This document shows positions 9,874-20,327 of a DNA stretch of 64,000 nt, piece after piece. Position 1 is the stretch's first letter; each line of letters starts with the position of its first letter. The DNA is from a virus (lineage: Duplodnaviria > Heunggongvirae > Uroviricota > Caudoviricetes). The stretch lies in the IMG/VR virus record IMGVR_UViG_3300035701_000006, positions 71,267 through 135,266 of that record; one strand, given 5' to 3'. A program made the position numbers and the translations under genes. Below the pieces are notes generated by a model that saw only the letters and a list, made by a program, of their open reading frames with translations, was not told the DNA's origin and ran no database searches.

Positions 9874-11334
9874 TCCGCTAGTAGATACGGGATGACAAGC
9901 CTACCCCATAAGCTCACCATTGACGACTGTCTCAAAACCGCCTCCCTAGAGTCTTCCGCCTTATATCTCGTCAACAAGATCGCCTTTGATCAGAAGCGCG
10001 GGTATACGAAGTCAACAGACGGCGAGACATATTGGGAATTTGGGGCCGGACTCGAATTCAATGTGAACAGGATCAAGGCCGAAATAGCCAGCAAGAGCTT
10101 CCGATTCGGGCCATGTCACAAGATTGTCAGGCGGATCAAGCAGAACAAGGTCAGGGACGTCTACATATCGTCCTGGCGCGATAGGATCGTCGAGCGCTGG
10201 CTCAATGATTGCCTCAATAAGCTTCTCAACGGCTGGTTCTCGCCGAACGCCTACGCCTACCGTATAGAGGAACTTGGGTTGGATAGTTGCCAGAATGAGG
10301 TAGCGCGATCTATAAACCCGTACTCGTTCATAGTGAAGCGCGACATCTCGAATTACTTCTATACCATCGACCATGGTATTTTGCTGGCGAAGCTCGCAGA
10401 GATCATAGACGAGCGCGATTACCTCTATGAGCTCGTCAGACAGCGCATCCAGTTCGGGTATGTCGAGGACGGGAGTATTCGGACGGCTACTATCGGCATC
10501 CCGTTCGGCGCGTCAGTAGCCTGTACACTCGCGAACATCTACCTGACGGACGCCGACAAGGTCGTCGCTGCCTTACCGGTGAAATATTTCAGGTACGCGG
10601 ATGATTTCCTTATCGTATCAGACAAGGAAGAGGTAGCGAGTGAGGCGGCCCGCCTATTAGACAGTATGATAACGGACCTCAAGCTAACCATGAAGCCAGC
10701 ACATTACCTTAATGCCTGCTTCGTAGACGGCAAATCGTCGTTTACGAAGGTGTCCAGGTTCAAGTACCTTGGTCTTGAATTTACGGCCGACAAGGTTAAG
10801 TTGGCCGTCGAGAAGCAGCGCAAGGTCATGAACTTCTTCAAACGGGGCCTTGAATATGTGAGCGGCAGAATCAAGAGGGCGACTGATATTGATGAGAAGC
10901 TTAAGATCGCCATTAAGATGATTAACACCATAGCTAAGGATCGGATTCGGAGCGTGGCTATCATAGATTATTACATCAAGCATATGAACGACGAGAACCA
11001 GCTCCGAGTAATGGACAGACTCGTGGCGGAGATGGTCATAAGCTGCGTGCTAGGCAAGAAATTTAGGCAGAAGGACTTCAGGGTCATACCCTACGAAAAG
11101 CTCAGAAAACTGGGTTTGATATCTATGCTACACAGGCACAGGTTATATGCCCATGGGCATCTTAGGTTAAACTTTATGTCACTGCATAACGAACTTATCA
11201 CGAGGCGTTTCGTTGACATGATGAACCGCCGGAAGGCTAGGATAGACCACATGAAGATGAGTCGGAAGATTCAGCAAGGAGTACAGTTGCCGTCAAAATT
11301 AACATATGCATCCGAGCATCAGGCGCGCGTTTGA
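9856..11334 (+). CDS. reverse transcriptase
   Basis: RT motifs KRDISNYFYTIDH (motif 2), IGIPFGASVACTLANIYL (motif 4), FRYADDFLIV (YADD motif 5), FKYLGLEF (motif 7). Confidence 0.8.
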   Translation: MAGQPTSASRYGMTSLPHKLTIDDCLKTASLESSALYLVNKIAFDQKRGYTKSTDGETYWEFGAGLEFNVNRIKAEIASKSFRFGPCHKIVRRIKQNKVRDVYISSWRDRIVERWLNDCLNKLLNGWFSPNAYAYRIEELGLDSCQNEVARSINPYSFIVKRDISNYFYTIDHGILLAKLAEIIDERDYLYELVRQRIQFGYVEDGSIRTATIGIPFGASVACTLANIYLTDADKVVAALPVKYFRYADDFLIVSDKEEVASEAARLLDSMITDLKLTMKPAHYLNACFVDGKSSFTKVSRFKYLGLEFTADKVKLAVEKQRKVMNFFKRGLEYVSGRIKRATDIDEKLKIAIKMINTIAKDRIRSVAIIDYYIKHMNDENQLRVMDRLVAEMVISCVLGKKFRQKDFRVIPYEKLRKLGLISMLHRHRLYAHGHLRLNFMSLHNELITRRFVDMMNRRKARIDHMKMSRKIQQGVQLPSKLTYASEHQARV

Positions 11335-12961
11335 GCAAGGGAACCGGCCATTCAGCCAGCATCCCGTTCTTGGTCCCCATGGCCAGGATCTCGCGTTCAG
11401 CCAGTTTGAACACCTAAAGGGACTGGTCAGACAGTCAACGGGCTCTGAGCGGATCGACATGGGCCAGATGATGGCTCTCCTCCAGCAGACCATAGCGCTT
11501 GAGGAGCCGCACAAGGAACAGCTCGAGCGCCTGGCAATTCAGATCGTTGCCAAGGTCTGGAAGGCTAAGCCGGAACTGTTCGAGGCTGAGATCGGAGAAA
11601 CCGGGCCGCCACCCGAGGAGGAGCCCGAGGAAGAGGAAGAGCTCACTCCAGAACAGATCAGAGAGATTAACAAGAGGATCACTCTCAACACGATCATTCA
11701 CGGTGCCTCCATCCACCAGATGACGACCATGCACCATCTGGCCAAAGAGGCTATCGACAGAATCGATCCTCAGCTCATTCCGTTCTACGATAAGTTATCA
11801 CGTACCATGAACTATAGCGGATGGTTCATGAATCTCGATATGCTGATGACCCAGCTCGGGCAGAAGGGTGGCCAAAACGAGATCGTTTGGGATGAGGATA
11901 CCCCGAAGATCCAGGCAAAAGGAATCATATTCCCCATCCTGGTACATGAGCTGTCCAAGGGCTGCGTGGAGCTAATTACGCACCATGGTCTCCCCAAGGA
12001 TCCCGACATGCTCAAGGTAGTGCTTAAGCATGCCGATAAAGACCTGGAAGAGATGTTCCACTTCTTCATGGGTCCAGAACTCTGGCGTAGGTTCTTGAAG
12101 CTGGTTGACATGGAGCAGATCCCAGAGATCGTCATGGCTCTATCGAAGCTGGAGCCGGATAAGCTTCATGAGATTATGTCCCTCATAGCTAGTAGCATGA
12201 AGGAAGATCCGACCAATGTGAAGAAGATGATCGCTGACCTCGTACAAGAACCGGAGGAATTTGAAGTGAAAGACTGGGAACCGGAAGAGCCAGGGTCGGA
12301 AGAGGGCAAGGGAGAGTTTGAGGACATCCAGAAGATCGCCGACTCGATCTCCGAGGATGTTCCGGCTCCTTCTGCCCCGACGAAGCCTGCTCACATGCCC
12401 ACAAAACCAGGGACTCCAGAGAAGCCAGACCCTTATAGGCCTCCGAAGCCCGCTTTCCAGCCGAAACCAAAGGCGGGAGCCGCTCCTTCTGCTCCGACGA
12501 AGCCTGCTCCTACGCCCACAAAACCAGGAACTCCAGAGAAGCCAGATCCCTACAGGCCTCCGAAGCCCGCTTTCCAGCCGAAGCCAAAGGCGACTCATGT
12601 GATGCAAGGAGTTGACGAGTGTACATTCGAAAGTAAATTAGATATGGCCATCACAGAAGCATTCGAGACATATAAGGTTACCATAGACTGCCATCCGCGG
12701 AGGTCTGACCCGTCTCAGTGTAAGCACCCCGAGTGTCCGACGAGGGTCGCCATTGGGGAGTACATGCCGAAGGCAGAGGCTATTCTCATGGCGAGAGATT
12801 ATTACGATCATGGTAGCAAGATGGAGCCGGAAGGTACGCCTGCCGTGCCAGCATACCACGGGACACACCCGGAAGACATCCCTGCAGAGCTTGAGCTCGC
12901 TGGTGGGCCTGTGGATCTGCCGCCGCCGGAAGAAGAGCTCGGAGCGGGTGGCGTGTTTTAA
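11306..12961 (+). CDS. proline-rich protein with internal tandem duplication
   Basis: 551-aa ORF; two tandem copies of about 40 aa; true start may be downstream. Confidence 0.5.
   Translation: MHPSIRRAFEQGNRPFSQHPVLGPHGQDLAFSQFEHLKGLVRQSTGSERIDMGQMMALLQQTIALEEPHKEQLERLAIQIVAKVWKAKPELFEAEIGETGPPPEEEPEEEEELTPEQIREINKRITLNTIIHGASIHQMTTMHHLAKEAIDRIDPQLIPFYDKLSRTMNYSGWFMNLDMLMTQLGQKGGQNEIVWDEDTPKIQAKGIIFPILVHELSKGCVELITHHGLPKDPDMLKVVLKHADKDLEEMFHFFMGPELWRRFLKLVDMEQIPEIVMALSKLEPDKLHEIMSLIASSMKEDPTNVKKMIADLVQEPEEFEVKDWEPEEPGSEEGKGEFEDIQKIADSISEDVPAPSAPTKPAHMPTKPGTPEKPDPYRPPKPAFQPKPKAGAAPSAPTKPAPTPTKPGTPEKPDPYRPPKPAFQPKPKATHVMQGVDECTFESKLDMAITEAFETYKVTIDCHPRRSDPSQCKHPECPTRVAIGEYMPKAEAILMARDYYDHGSKMEPEGTPAVPAYHGTHPEDIPAELELAGGPVDLPPPEEELGAGGVF
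12363..12596 (+). repeat. in-frame tandem direct repeat, 2 x about 117 bp
   Basis: two near-identical copies with scattered substitutions not restricted to adenines. Confidence 0.8.
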
Positions 12962-13010
12962 TCAGTTAGAAAATGGCCCCTTCTAATGAAGGGGCCATGT
13001 CGTATTCATC

Positions 13011-14108
13011 TTATGAGAAGATAATGCGCCAGCGGATCAAGAGCTCCACATCCGACGTCTTCTTGACTGGTACTGTCAAGATCCTGTGGCTGAAGATCCG
13101 CAGGGTGTTTCGAAGGACGCCGATGGCGCCTGTGATGGGCACGTTGCTGCTGTTGACCGGGACCCTGTCGAGCTGAACGTCGCTGCCGGAGTCCTGCTTC
13201 GAAACGACCAGGTAGTATGGGTCGATCTGGTTGAGGATAGGTGCCTCAGACCCGAAGCCGTCATCCGCACTACCTCCCGCCGCGACGATCTTGACCTGAT
13301 CACCTTCCTTGATGATTGTTGCATCCGTCGGATCGCTGATCGTGATGGTATCTCCCCCGGATGCGACGGCTGGGATTGAAGCACCATCGTAAGCGCCCCC
13401 GACGCCCTGGAGAAACAGTTGCCGGGGTTTGATTTCGCACTTGGGTAGCGTCGTCATTTCCGGACCGGCCGCGAGAGCCACCTCAGTGATCGTGAAATAG
13501 TCGCTCCCCGGGCTGCTCCCTGAACTACCAGAGCTGCCAGCTACACCAAAGCCGTTGTATTCGCTAGTGGTGACCGTCGTCTCCAGGAGTACTATGTTGT
13601 TGAGTGCTCGCACTTCCGGCTGGAGGAAGGGGGTCCCGGACGGCTGATAGGTGGTCTCAAACGCGATATTCTCGACCCTCTTGAGGGGCCGGGTCGGGTC
13701 AGCGAGGGGTATCGAATTGATGAGTTCGCCGTCGTAATCTGCGCCAACATCAAGCCTGATGGGAACCGGCTTGCCTGTAATTGGGTCGATTGTGTAATAT
13801 CTGATATCGTTCGTGTCGAGGGGTACCCCATCGGCGTCGTAGCTGGCCCCCAGAAGGACGTACTTGGCGGAGAACTCATTGTTCGGATCGATTCCAGAAT
13901 CCACCCATGTGCCGCTACCACTCCCGCCCGTGGGATCCCAGACGCGGCTGTGGGCGAGCCGGTGCGATAGGATTTCCTTCGCGAAGATCTTGACGATGTT
14001 CGGTTCGGACCACTGCTTGATGACGCGACCAAGCTTGTCCTTCAGGACAAATTCGATGATGCCCTTGAACTGCTTGGTTGCCATACGCTCATGAATGATG
14101 CGGCGCAT
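13011..14108 (-). CDS. hypothetical protein (putative structural)
   Basis: 365-aa ORF with Gly/Ser-rich segment. Confidence 0.5.
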   Translation of the reverse strand: MRRIIHERMATKQFKGIIEFVLKDKLGRVIKQWSEPNIVKIFAKEILSHRLAHSRVWDPTGGSGSGTWVDSGIDPNNEFSAKYVLLGASYDADGVPLDTNDIRYYTIDPITGKPVPIRLDVGADYDGELINSIPLADPTRPLKRVENIAFETTYQPSGTPFLQPEVRALNNIVLLETTVTTSEYNGFGVAGSSGSSGSSPGSDYFTITEVALAAGPEMTTLPKCEIKPRQLFLQGVGGAYDGASIPAVASGGDTITISDPTDATIIKEGDQVKIVAAGGSADDGFGSEAPILNQIDPYYLVVSKQDSGSDVQLDRVPVNSSNVPITGAIGVLRNTLRIFSHRILTVPVKKTSDVELLIRWRIIFS

Positions 14109-14118
14109 TTGTCATCCT

Positions 14119-14580
14119 TTATTTCTTCTTGGGCTTCTCTTCTTCGGGTTCTTCTTCGGGTTCTTCAGCGGGTTCTTCGACAGGTACTTCCGCTGGCGGC
14201 GTCTCTATTGGTTCCTCGGCTGGGGTCTCTGCTGGCGCAACCGCAGCTGCCGCAGCAGCCGCCGCGGCAGGAGAGGCCTCTATTGCCGCCTGTGAGCGGC
14301 CGATTTTCTGATCGAGGTCAACCAGCATCTTGTTGATTGTTTGCGACTGCGCGATAAGGTTCTTGATGGGCTCACGAATCCCATCGACTCTCCCCTTGTC
14401 CTCTGGGTGCTCCGTGACGTACTGCTCGAGGGCTTCTGCGGCGAGACCTTCTACGAAGTTCTTGTAGAACACGGTCCTGTCGAAGGCTTCGCGGATCTTT
14501 TCGATCCAGTCCCTGAGGATGTCGGCCTTGATCGTCTGTTCATCCAGCCTGCGGCGCTGGACGCTGGTCAGATACCTCAT
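14119..14580 (-). CDS. Ala-rich protein with acidic Pro/Glu C-terminal tail
   Basis: poly-Ala run followed by an EEPAEEPEEE tail. Confidence 0.4.
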   Translation of the reverse strand: MRYLTSVQRRRLDEQTIKADILRDWIEKIREAFDRTVFYKNFVEGLAAEALEQYVTEHPEDKGRVDGIREPIKNLIAQSQTINKMLVDLDQKIGRSQAAIEASPAAAAAAAAAVAPAETPAEEPIETPPAEVPVEEPAEEPEEEPEEEKPKKK

Positions 14581-15974
14581 CTGATACCCTCGCTGATTAA
14601 CGTGTTTAGCCGTTTCGAGAGGCTGCTCGATACCGGCCTGAGATAATTATCTACCATTGAAGGCGGAAGTTTGACCATGATCTTATAGGCCTGATCCCCA
14701 AATAGCACGGACGTCAGGGTTCCGGTGCCCTCTACGATGCCGACCTTGTCTACGGGGATGGTGACAACCTCGTTGGAATCCGGGCAGGCTACGTCGAACT
14801 GCTCCTTCACAATAACGGCCTGGCCCTTCTCAGCCGTATAACGGACGTCAGGGGCATCCGTGATAGGCTCCGTCAAGTAGATGCTCTTGAACCTGTCATA
14901 GGCATATCCGACGTCATTGGTGTCAAAGTAGCCTGCGCAATTCACCGCATCCGTGACGACATTGGTGAGGCCCTCGCTACCATCGGCCAGTTCCTTCATG
15001 ACCATCCCGACGTGCTTGATGTCGTCCTTATCCTGCTTCCTGGTGGCGTCGACGAGCTCCAGAAATAGCTTGTTGATGTCCTTGATGCGGTTTGCTGCTT
15101 CCTGGAGCTGAGCAGATTCCTGGACGCCCTTCTTCCAGATGACCTTCGTCGGTCCGGACTTGGACTTGGCGTAACCATTAACGACACCGCCATAGGAGGC
15201 GGTGTGTCCGAAGGCTTGTGGCCACATGGACTGCTTGCGGCGAACCTTGCCGGGGGCCCACTTATACTGGTCTTCCTTCATCGTCTCGCCCTTGACCTCA
15301 CCGGGTTCCGCTTCCATTTCTGCTTCCATCTTCTCGAGGAAGCCGTAATATTTCGGGTTCTCGACGAGGTGCCCCTTGGCGATTTTCTTTGCGAATTCCT
15401 CGTCGTCCGTGTGCTCGAGCTCTACCTTGATGCCCTTCTTCAGTTGGCCGGCGTCAAACTTGGCGTCCGGTTCGTCACCGTGCTTGATATTGAAAGCAGA
15501 GACGCCGCTCTTCTCGGAGATCTTTTGGATAGCATGCCTGATGAGATCCGCTCGCAGGTCATCCATGCCGCCCTTGGACTCTTCGAGGGCGACCCTCGTC
15601 AGCATCTCGATGAGGTCATTGGCCGCTGCGTCGACGAACTCGGCGAGCCGCTCCTCATCCATGGTACCGGAACCTTCTTGGATGGCTTTCATGGTGAATG
15701 TGAACAAGGTCCCCTGACGGTGATTCTTGTCGACCTCAATATGAATATCGTTTTCCCTAACGGTATCATCGATGTCTCTGATGATCTTATCTATTTTTTC
15801 ACCGTACTCGAGCCCTACAAGATACCCCTGTAGGTCACGCTCGTCCGATACTATATTGTATTCTGCCTTTTGGGATTTACAGATATTATCGAACTTCTTG
15901 AAGACAGCTAGTAATCTCTCATCAATGCCGGTCTTTTGATCGTTTCCCATGCTAAATGACCTTTGCCCCCGCAA
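14577..15974 (-). CDS. hypothetical protein
   Basis: 465-aa ORF. Confidence 0.5.
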   Translation of the reverse strand: MRGQRSFSMGNDQKTGIDERLLAVFKKFDNICKSQKAEYNIVSDERDLQGYLVGLEYGEKIDKIIRDIDDTVRENDIHIEVDKNHRQGTLFTFTMKAIQEGSGTMDEERLAEFVDAAANDLIEMLTRVALEESKGGMDDLRADLIRHAIQKISEKSGVSAFNIKHGDEPDAKFDAGQLKKGIKVELEHTDDEEFAKKIAKGHLVENPKYYGFLEKMEAEMEAEPGEVKGETMKEDQYKWAPGKVRRKQSMWPQAFGHTASYGGVVNGYAKSKSGPTKVIWKKGVQESAQLQEAANRIKDINKLFLELVDATRKQDKDDIKHVGMVMKELADGSEGLTNVVTDAVNCAGYFDTNDVGYAYDRFKSIYLTEPITDAPDVRYTAEKGQAVIVKEQFDVACPDSNEVVTIPVDKVGIVEGTGTLTSVLFGDQAYKIMVKLPPSMVDNYLRPVSSSLSKRLNTLISEGIR

Positions 15975-15985
15975 AACTAGCTTAG

Positions 15986-16741
15986 ATGAAACTCGTGCAG
16001 GTACTATCCAATCCGAAGCGATTCATGTCCCTCACAGAGGATGAGTTTAAGGTCTATAAGCATAATAAGGTGATGCTCATCGACCGCGTCAAAAAGGAAT
16101 TCCCCAGTATAGATCTTGCTAGGTCCAAGGTCCAGCTCAAGGCATTCTCGGGCCGCCTGAATGAGGCTTTGAGCGAGCACCCCACGTCCGTCCCATATAG
16201 GTTCTGTATTGAAGCTGCATTTGAGGAAAGTGATGCCGACGATTACGCCGGCGATGCGAAGAAGCAGTTCCTGACAGAGGTCGAGCACATTGCCGGTCCC
16301 GGTATGGCGGTAAAGTCGATTATTTTCGAAGAGATAGAGGACGATGACGCGGCGTACAACATCGTGGCACAGGCTCCGCGGTCAATTCACGCGAAGGTCC
16401 TACGTGAGATGTATGGGATGGATGAGGATGAAATAAGAAAGATCGTTAAGCAGGCAGAGGCGAATGGTAAGACATCCGGTTCCATAGTCGAAGATTTCGC
16501 CGTCTTCGTTAGAGATAGGCAGTATCAGGCGTTCACAGAATCCTTTGAGAAAGCTCCAGAATCCTTCGACAACCAGGAACCCCAGCGGATGTCGTTCAGA
16601 GAGTCAATAGAATTCATTGAGAAGAGCATTGAAGAACGTAGTGACGACGTCTTGTGCATGTTGGCCGAGTTCGCACAGTCCTCAGATATGAGCCAGGACG
16701 CCATCTTAAAAGCGATCAAGGGTAGGCGTAACAAAAGATAA
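15986..16741 (+). CDS. hypothetical protein
   Basis: 251-aa ORF. Confidence 0.45.
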   Translation: MKLVQVLSNPKRFMSLTEDEFKVYKHNKVMLIDRVKKEFPSIDLARSKVQLKAFSGRLNEALSEHPTSVPYRFCIEAAFEESDADDYAGDAKKQFLTEVEHIAGPGMAVKSIIFEEIEDDDAAYNIVAQAPRSIHAKVLREMYGMDEDEIRKIVKQAEANGKTSGSIVEDFAVFVRDRQYQAFTESFEKAPESFDNQEPQRMSFRESIEFIEKSIEERSDDVLCMLAEFAQSSDMSQDAILKAIKGRRNKR

Positions 16742-16817
16742 GAGTACATAAACATCAGAGCCATACAGATTACCGGGCGAAAATACCTAGGTAGAACTTA
16801 TCTGGAACCGAGGCAAC

Positions 16818-18602
16818 ATGACCACAATTATTAATCCAGATCTGATCCCGACTATCCTACCCGGCCAAATCTTCAGCAGGTTCGCAAACGACAGCACTAT
16901 CGGCATTCGGTGGCTGACTTCGGCAGACCCGGCTTTCTACGAGGCCATCAACAGGCCGATCGTTGACTTGGCCGTCAGGCAACTCATCCTAGCCAAGGCG
17001 CTCGATAATCTCGATCTCAGGCTCGGGCACATGGCGCTCTTCCCATTCCTGATCCCGCCGAAGCTCGTAACGAACGGATCCGGCGACATCGATATCCCGC
17101 TCGCCTGGATCTGGGATTTGCACGCGTCGATGCCGCAGAAATGGGAATATCCGCGCCTGGCATGGGTCAAGCGCCTCAACGGGACCAACGGCGGTAGCGG
17201 CGGTAGCGGCAGCAGCAGCGTCTACACGGGTAAGCTGCGGCTCGTCTTCACGGCGCAGCTCAAGGGATCGATCAACGAGGTCGCTGTCTTCACGGCTGAA
17301 TACGACATTGATTCGCCTCTCGGGTTCCAGGTAAGTCGTATAGTACCGCCGGACGTTGATGACGCGCCAGTCATCCTCGATTCCGTTGAGGCCACGACGA
17401 TTGACGGGTTCATCGAATTCCGCACCCTCGACACGGCCGATACGACGGTACAAACGTTTTACAACGCCCTCGTACCGCCTGGTGGCGGCTCGTCCGGCTC
17501 CGTGGAGCCTCCATCCACCTATGAGCTGGCCGACAGCCCGACGACCTCCGCTGCCGACACATACAGTCTGACGGCTGTTTCGCACGGCACGGGCCTTCTG
17601 ACGGCGAGCGCGTACAACTTGATCCCCGTGCTCGACGCGGACCCGAATATCTGGCTCGAGGCCTTCAACTTCCCGTTCCGCATCAGCGCCTCGCGGACGA
17701 GTTCTACTCCGGCTTCGTTCCCGATCGTTATCCCGAAGGGCATGTTCTCAGAGATGGATATCTGCTCGCCTGCCAGCGATCAGCCAACGGGAGACACGTC
17801 CGGAATGTTCTCGCCCGTCTGGGTCAATAGGATCGAACGAGTGGATGTGAACGCGAACAATCTGAAATTCATCTTTGCGACGTTTAATCTCACTGATGAT
17901 CAGGCTTCTACGACGCCAATAGAGTTCGCCGACATGACGCTTTCTAGGACGATGGCAGCAGGCCTGGTCGTGGAGATCAAGGCCATCGAGAACCTGTTTC
18001 TCCAGGCGGGAAGCGACAGCTCTCTGTTCCAACAGGGATTCGGCAAGGGTCATGTGGTCCTCTCCACGAAGTGGGGTGGGACGTCATCCGAGATTTCCGA
18101 CTTCTTCGACTCCTTCATGCCGATCATCGATGACCCGCCGGCCGCTATCTTCACGGATGAGGCGACTCACCTCGCCCCGTTCGCAGTCAGCAGGAGTCCC
18201 AAGACTGCGCCCACGTACGGTCAGGCACAGGCTCTTGTCGGCACGGCAGCACGCCGCAAGGTACCGCTTCATCCCAGTGACACGAACCGGTTCGTGGATG
18301 AGCAGGATACAGGGAAGGGTGATCCGGTCGATTTCTCGTCCGCATCCGGCGGTCTACCGCCTGATAAGCGTGAGAATCCAGACATCGAAAGGTATGGGTA
18401 CCTGGGTACTCTCGTCAGGTCTTTCGTCATGCTCGTGGTCAACTCGTCCGGCACGGATCACGATTATGATGCGGATATTCTACCAAGACTTACGGTCCTA
18501 CTTGGTCGTGCTCCTAAGCATGGCGACGAGTGGTTCGACGGGACCAGGATCAAGAGGTTCATCGAGATCTCCTCTGACAGCCCGGGAGTCTGGATCGGAT
18601 AG
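16818..18602 (+). CDS. hypothetical protein (putative structural, Gly/Ser linker)
   Basis: 594-aa ORF with GGSGGSGSSS linker. Confidence 0.5.
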   Translation: MTTIINPDLIPTILPGQIFSRFANDSTIGIRWLTSADPAFYEAINRPIVDLAVRQLILAKALDNLDLRLGHMALFPFLIPPKLVTNGSGDIDIPLAWIWDLHASMPQKWEYPRLAWVKRLNGTNGGSGGSGSSSVYTGKLRLVFTAQLKGSINEVAVFTAEYDIDSPLGFQVSRIVPPDVDDAPVILDSVEATTIDGFIEFRTLDTADTTVQTFYNALVPPGGGSSGSVEPPSTYELADSPTTSAADTYSLTAVSHGTGLLTASAYNLIPVLDADPNIWLEAFNFPFRISASRTSSTPASFPIVIPKGMFSEMDICSPASDQPTGDTSGMFSPVWVNRIERVDVNANNLKFIFATFNLTDDQASTTPIEFADMTLSRTMAAGLVVEIKAIENLFLQAGSDSSLFQQGFGKGHVVLSTKWGGTSSEISDFFDSFMPIIDDPPAAIFTDEATHLAPFAVSRSPKTAPTYGQAQALVGTAARRKVPLHPSDTNRFVDEQDTGKGDPVDFSSASGGLPPDKRENPDIERYGYLGTLVRSFVMLVVNSSGTDHDYDADILPRLTVLLGRAPKHGDEWFDGTRIKRFIEISSDSPGVWIG

Positions 18603-18614
18603 GAGAGCCTATAA

Positions 18615-19298
18615 ATGCAGAATATCACTATCACGAGACAATTTCCGATCATCGACGATTTCGTCGTGATGCCAGACTATAATGCTGGAAGGATTCCCCT
18701 TCACGACGCTCTCGCCATACCCGGCATTTCCAGGAATCAGTTGACGAACGTGACGCTTGAGAGCGCATCTCGGCGTGGTCAAGCATTCCTCGAGACAGAG
18801 CCGGGGCTCACCGAATGCTGCGACAACCCGCCAGCGGACCAGATCTCTGAGGTTGTCAAGACGAAAGTCCCGCCGTATCCGCCGGGTGGAGACGAGCCAC
18901 CGTACGATCCGAATAATGACTATCCGTCGTGGTGCCCGACCCAGCGGTGCCCGAAGGGATCTCTCTGGGCCGCCTGGGACATGCCTTTCTTTGGTCAGAC
19001 TACGCCGTGCAGCTGCATGGGTGGTACTGGCGGTTCGACCTTTACGACGCTCGCGGAGACCAGTGACTGCGTCTATTCTGGCATAACCAACAATGATCTA
19101 AGGGTTATGATTACCTGGGACGGTCAGTTGTGTGCCTGGATCATGAATATCGAATGTCTCAAGGCTCGTGTACTGGTTTGGGAGACCATCTGGACCGGCT
19201 GGGCCTATCCTGGCCCGACGGGAACCTATTGGCAGATGGGCCTGCAATGTGCTGATATGGCCTATCTGAACCATATTGACGTTAGCTTCCCATTCTAG
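18615..19298 (+). CDS. Cys-rich hypothetical protein
   Basis: 227-aa ORF. Confidence 0.45.
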   Translation: MQNITITRQFPIIDDFVVMPDYNAGRIPLHDALAIPGISRNQLTNVTLESASRRGQAFLETEPGLTECCDNPPADQISEVVKTKVPPYPPGGDEPPYDPNNDYPSWCPTQRCPKGSLWAAWDMPFFGQTTPCSCMGGTGGSTFTTLAETSDCVYSGITNNDLRVMITWDGQLCAWIMNIECLKARVLVWETIWTGWAYPGPTGTYWQMGLQCADMAYLNHIDVSFPF

Positions 19299-19306
19299 GG
19301 GGCAGC

Positions 19307-19828
19307 ATGAAGACGCTTGCGATCCTGATGCTGGTTGCGTTGCCATTCGTGTCCGTCGGCTGTAAGTCGATCTCGGTCGATCCGCAGGTGGCGGAGGAAG
19401 CTATCCTGCAGATCTCGACGAACGCGATGAACCTCGGCCTCGTGATCCTTTCGAAGGATCAGGCAAGCTGGGAGAAGGTGAAGGCGAACTGCGTGATAGC
19501 CCAGGACATCATCGCTACGGCAATCCTCCCATTCATCGCTGGAACTCCTCTGGATAAGCTCACGGTGGCCGCAGTCAACGAGGCCATACTCAAATATGGC
19601 GACAAGATTGACCCCACGCTCAAGGCTATTATCCAGCTGGCGGTCGATGAGGTGACGCACCTGGTCCAGTTTCCTCCGAATCCCACAGATAAGCTAACGG
19701 CGGATCAGAGGATGTTGATCATCTCGTTGTTCCAAGGTATCAATAACGGGATCAAGCAATTTCTGATCTGGGGTGGGCCTACCGCAAAGACTGCTCCGAA
19801 GGCAGTCAACAAGGTCACTCTGAAATAA
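19307..19828 (+). CDS. putative lipoprotein
   Basis: N-terminus MKTLAILMLVALPFVSVGC has signal-peptide and lipobox character. Confidence 0.5.
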   Translation: MKTLAILMLVALPFVSVGCKSISVDPQVAEEAILQISTNAMNLGLVILSKDQASWEKVKANCVIAQDIIATAILPFIAGTPLDKLTVAAVNEAILKYGDKIDPTLKAIIQLAVDEVTHLVQFPPNPTDKLTADQRMLIISLFQGINNGIKQFLIWGGPTAKTAPKAVNKVTLK

Positions 19829-19830
19829 TG

Positions 19831-19858
19831 AAACGGGCGGGGTAACTCCCGCCCGTTT
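19831..19858 (+). terminator. hairpin terminator candidate
   Basis: perfect 11-bp stem AAACGGGCGGG/CCCGCCCGTTT with 6-nt loop directly after the lipoprotein stop; weak T-run. Confidence 0.4.
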
Positions 19859-19874
19859 CTGTATCCGGAAATAC

Positions 19875-19903
19875 TTGACGCGTGGTCCGCAGTGTGTTAT
19901 AAT
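19875..19903 (+). promoter_or_regulatory. sigma-70 consensus promoter TTGACG-N17-TATAAT
   Basis: exact -35 and -10 hexamers with a 17-nt spacer; GGAGG Shine-Dalgarno and ATG 22 nt downstream. Confidence 0.6.
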
Positions 19904-19925
19904 CCGCGTACCAATGGAGGCAGCC

Positions 19926-20327
19926 ATGACCTAGAAAGATCTGACTCACTTTTACGTCATCGTCCGCGCCGACATCTCACTTCCCCAGCAGATAGTCCAG
20001 GCAGTTCACGCCGCCCACGACGCAGGCCGCGCAGTATCCTCTGACGGACGCCTCTCCACCGTCGTCTGCCAGGTTCCCTCCGAGCAACACCTGCTTCACG
20101 AGTATGACCGCATCACTTTCAGGGGTATTCGGTGCTTTCTGTTCCGGGAGCCTGATATGCGGGGGCAGGCGACTGCTCTGGCTACGGAGCCCGTCTGCGA
20201 CCGCAATTTCTTTTCTAGGTATAAGTTGTGGAAAGGAGGAGGCCATGTTGTAGGTGAGAGGACCGCCGTGGCTTGTCCCAGTGAGCTCCCCGTTTCTACG
20301 TCCACCATTACTGGAGACAAGCAATGA
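19926..20327 (+). CDS. PTH2-family peptidyl-tRNA hydrolase-like protein with in-frame TAG as codon 3
   Basis: ATG ACC TAG AAA... then 130 codons; VIVRADISLPQQIVQAVHAAH and TALATEPV...RYKLW align to the PTH2 motifs VVRxDLxMxxGKxxAQxxHAA and GPxP...TGHLKL; no ATG/GTG/TTG start downstream of the TAG. Confidence 0.5.

Noticed and set aside
12363-12596. Tandem 117-bp repeat considered as a DGR variable/template repeat pair for the nearby RT
   Set aside because: The copies are adjacent and in frame within one gene. Their differences are C/T and G/A changes, not adenine-specific. No separate template repeat was found near the RT.
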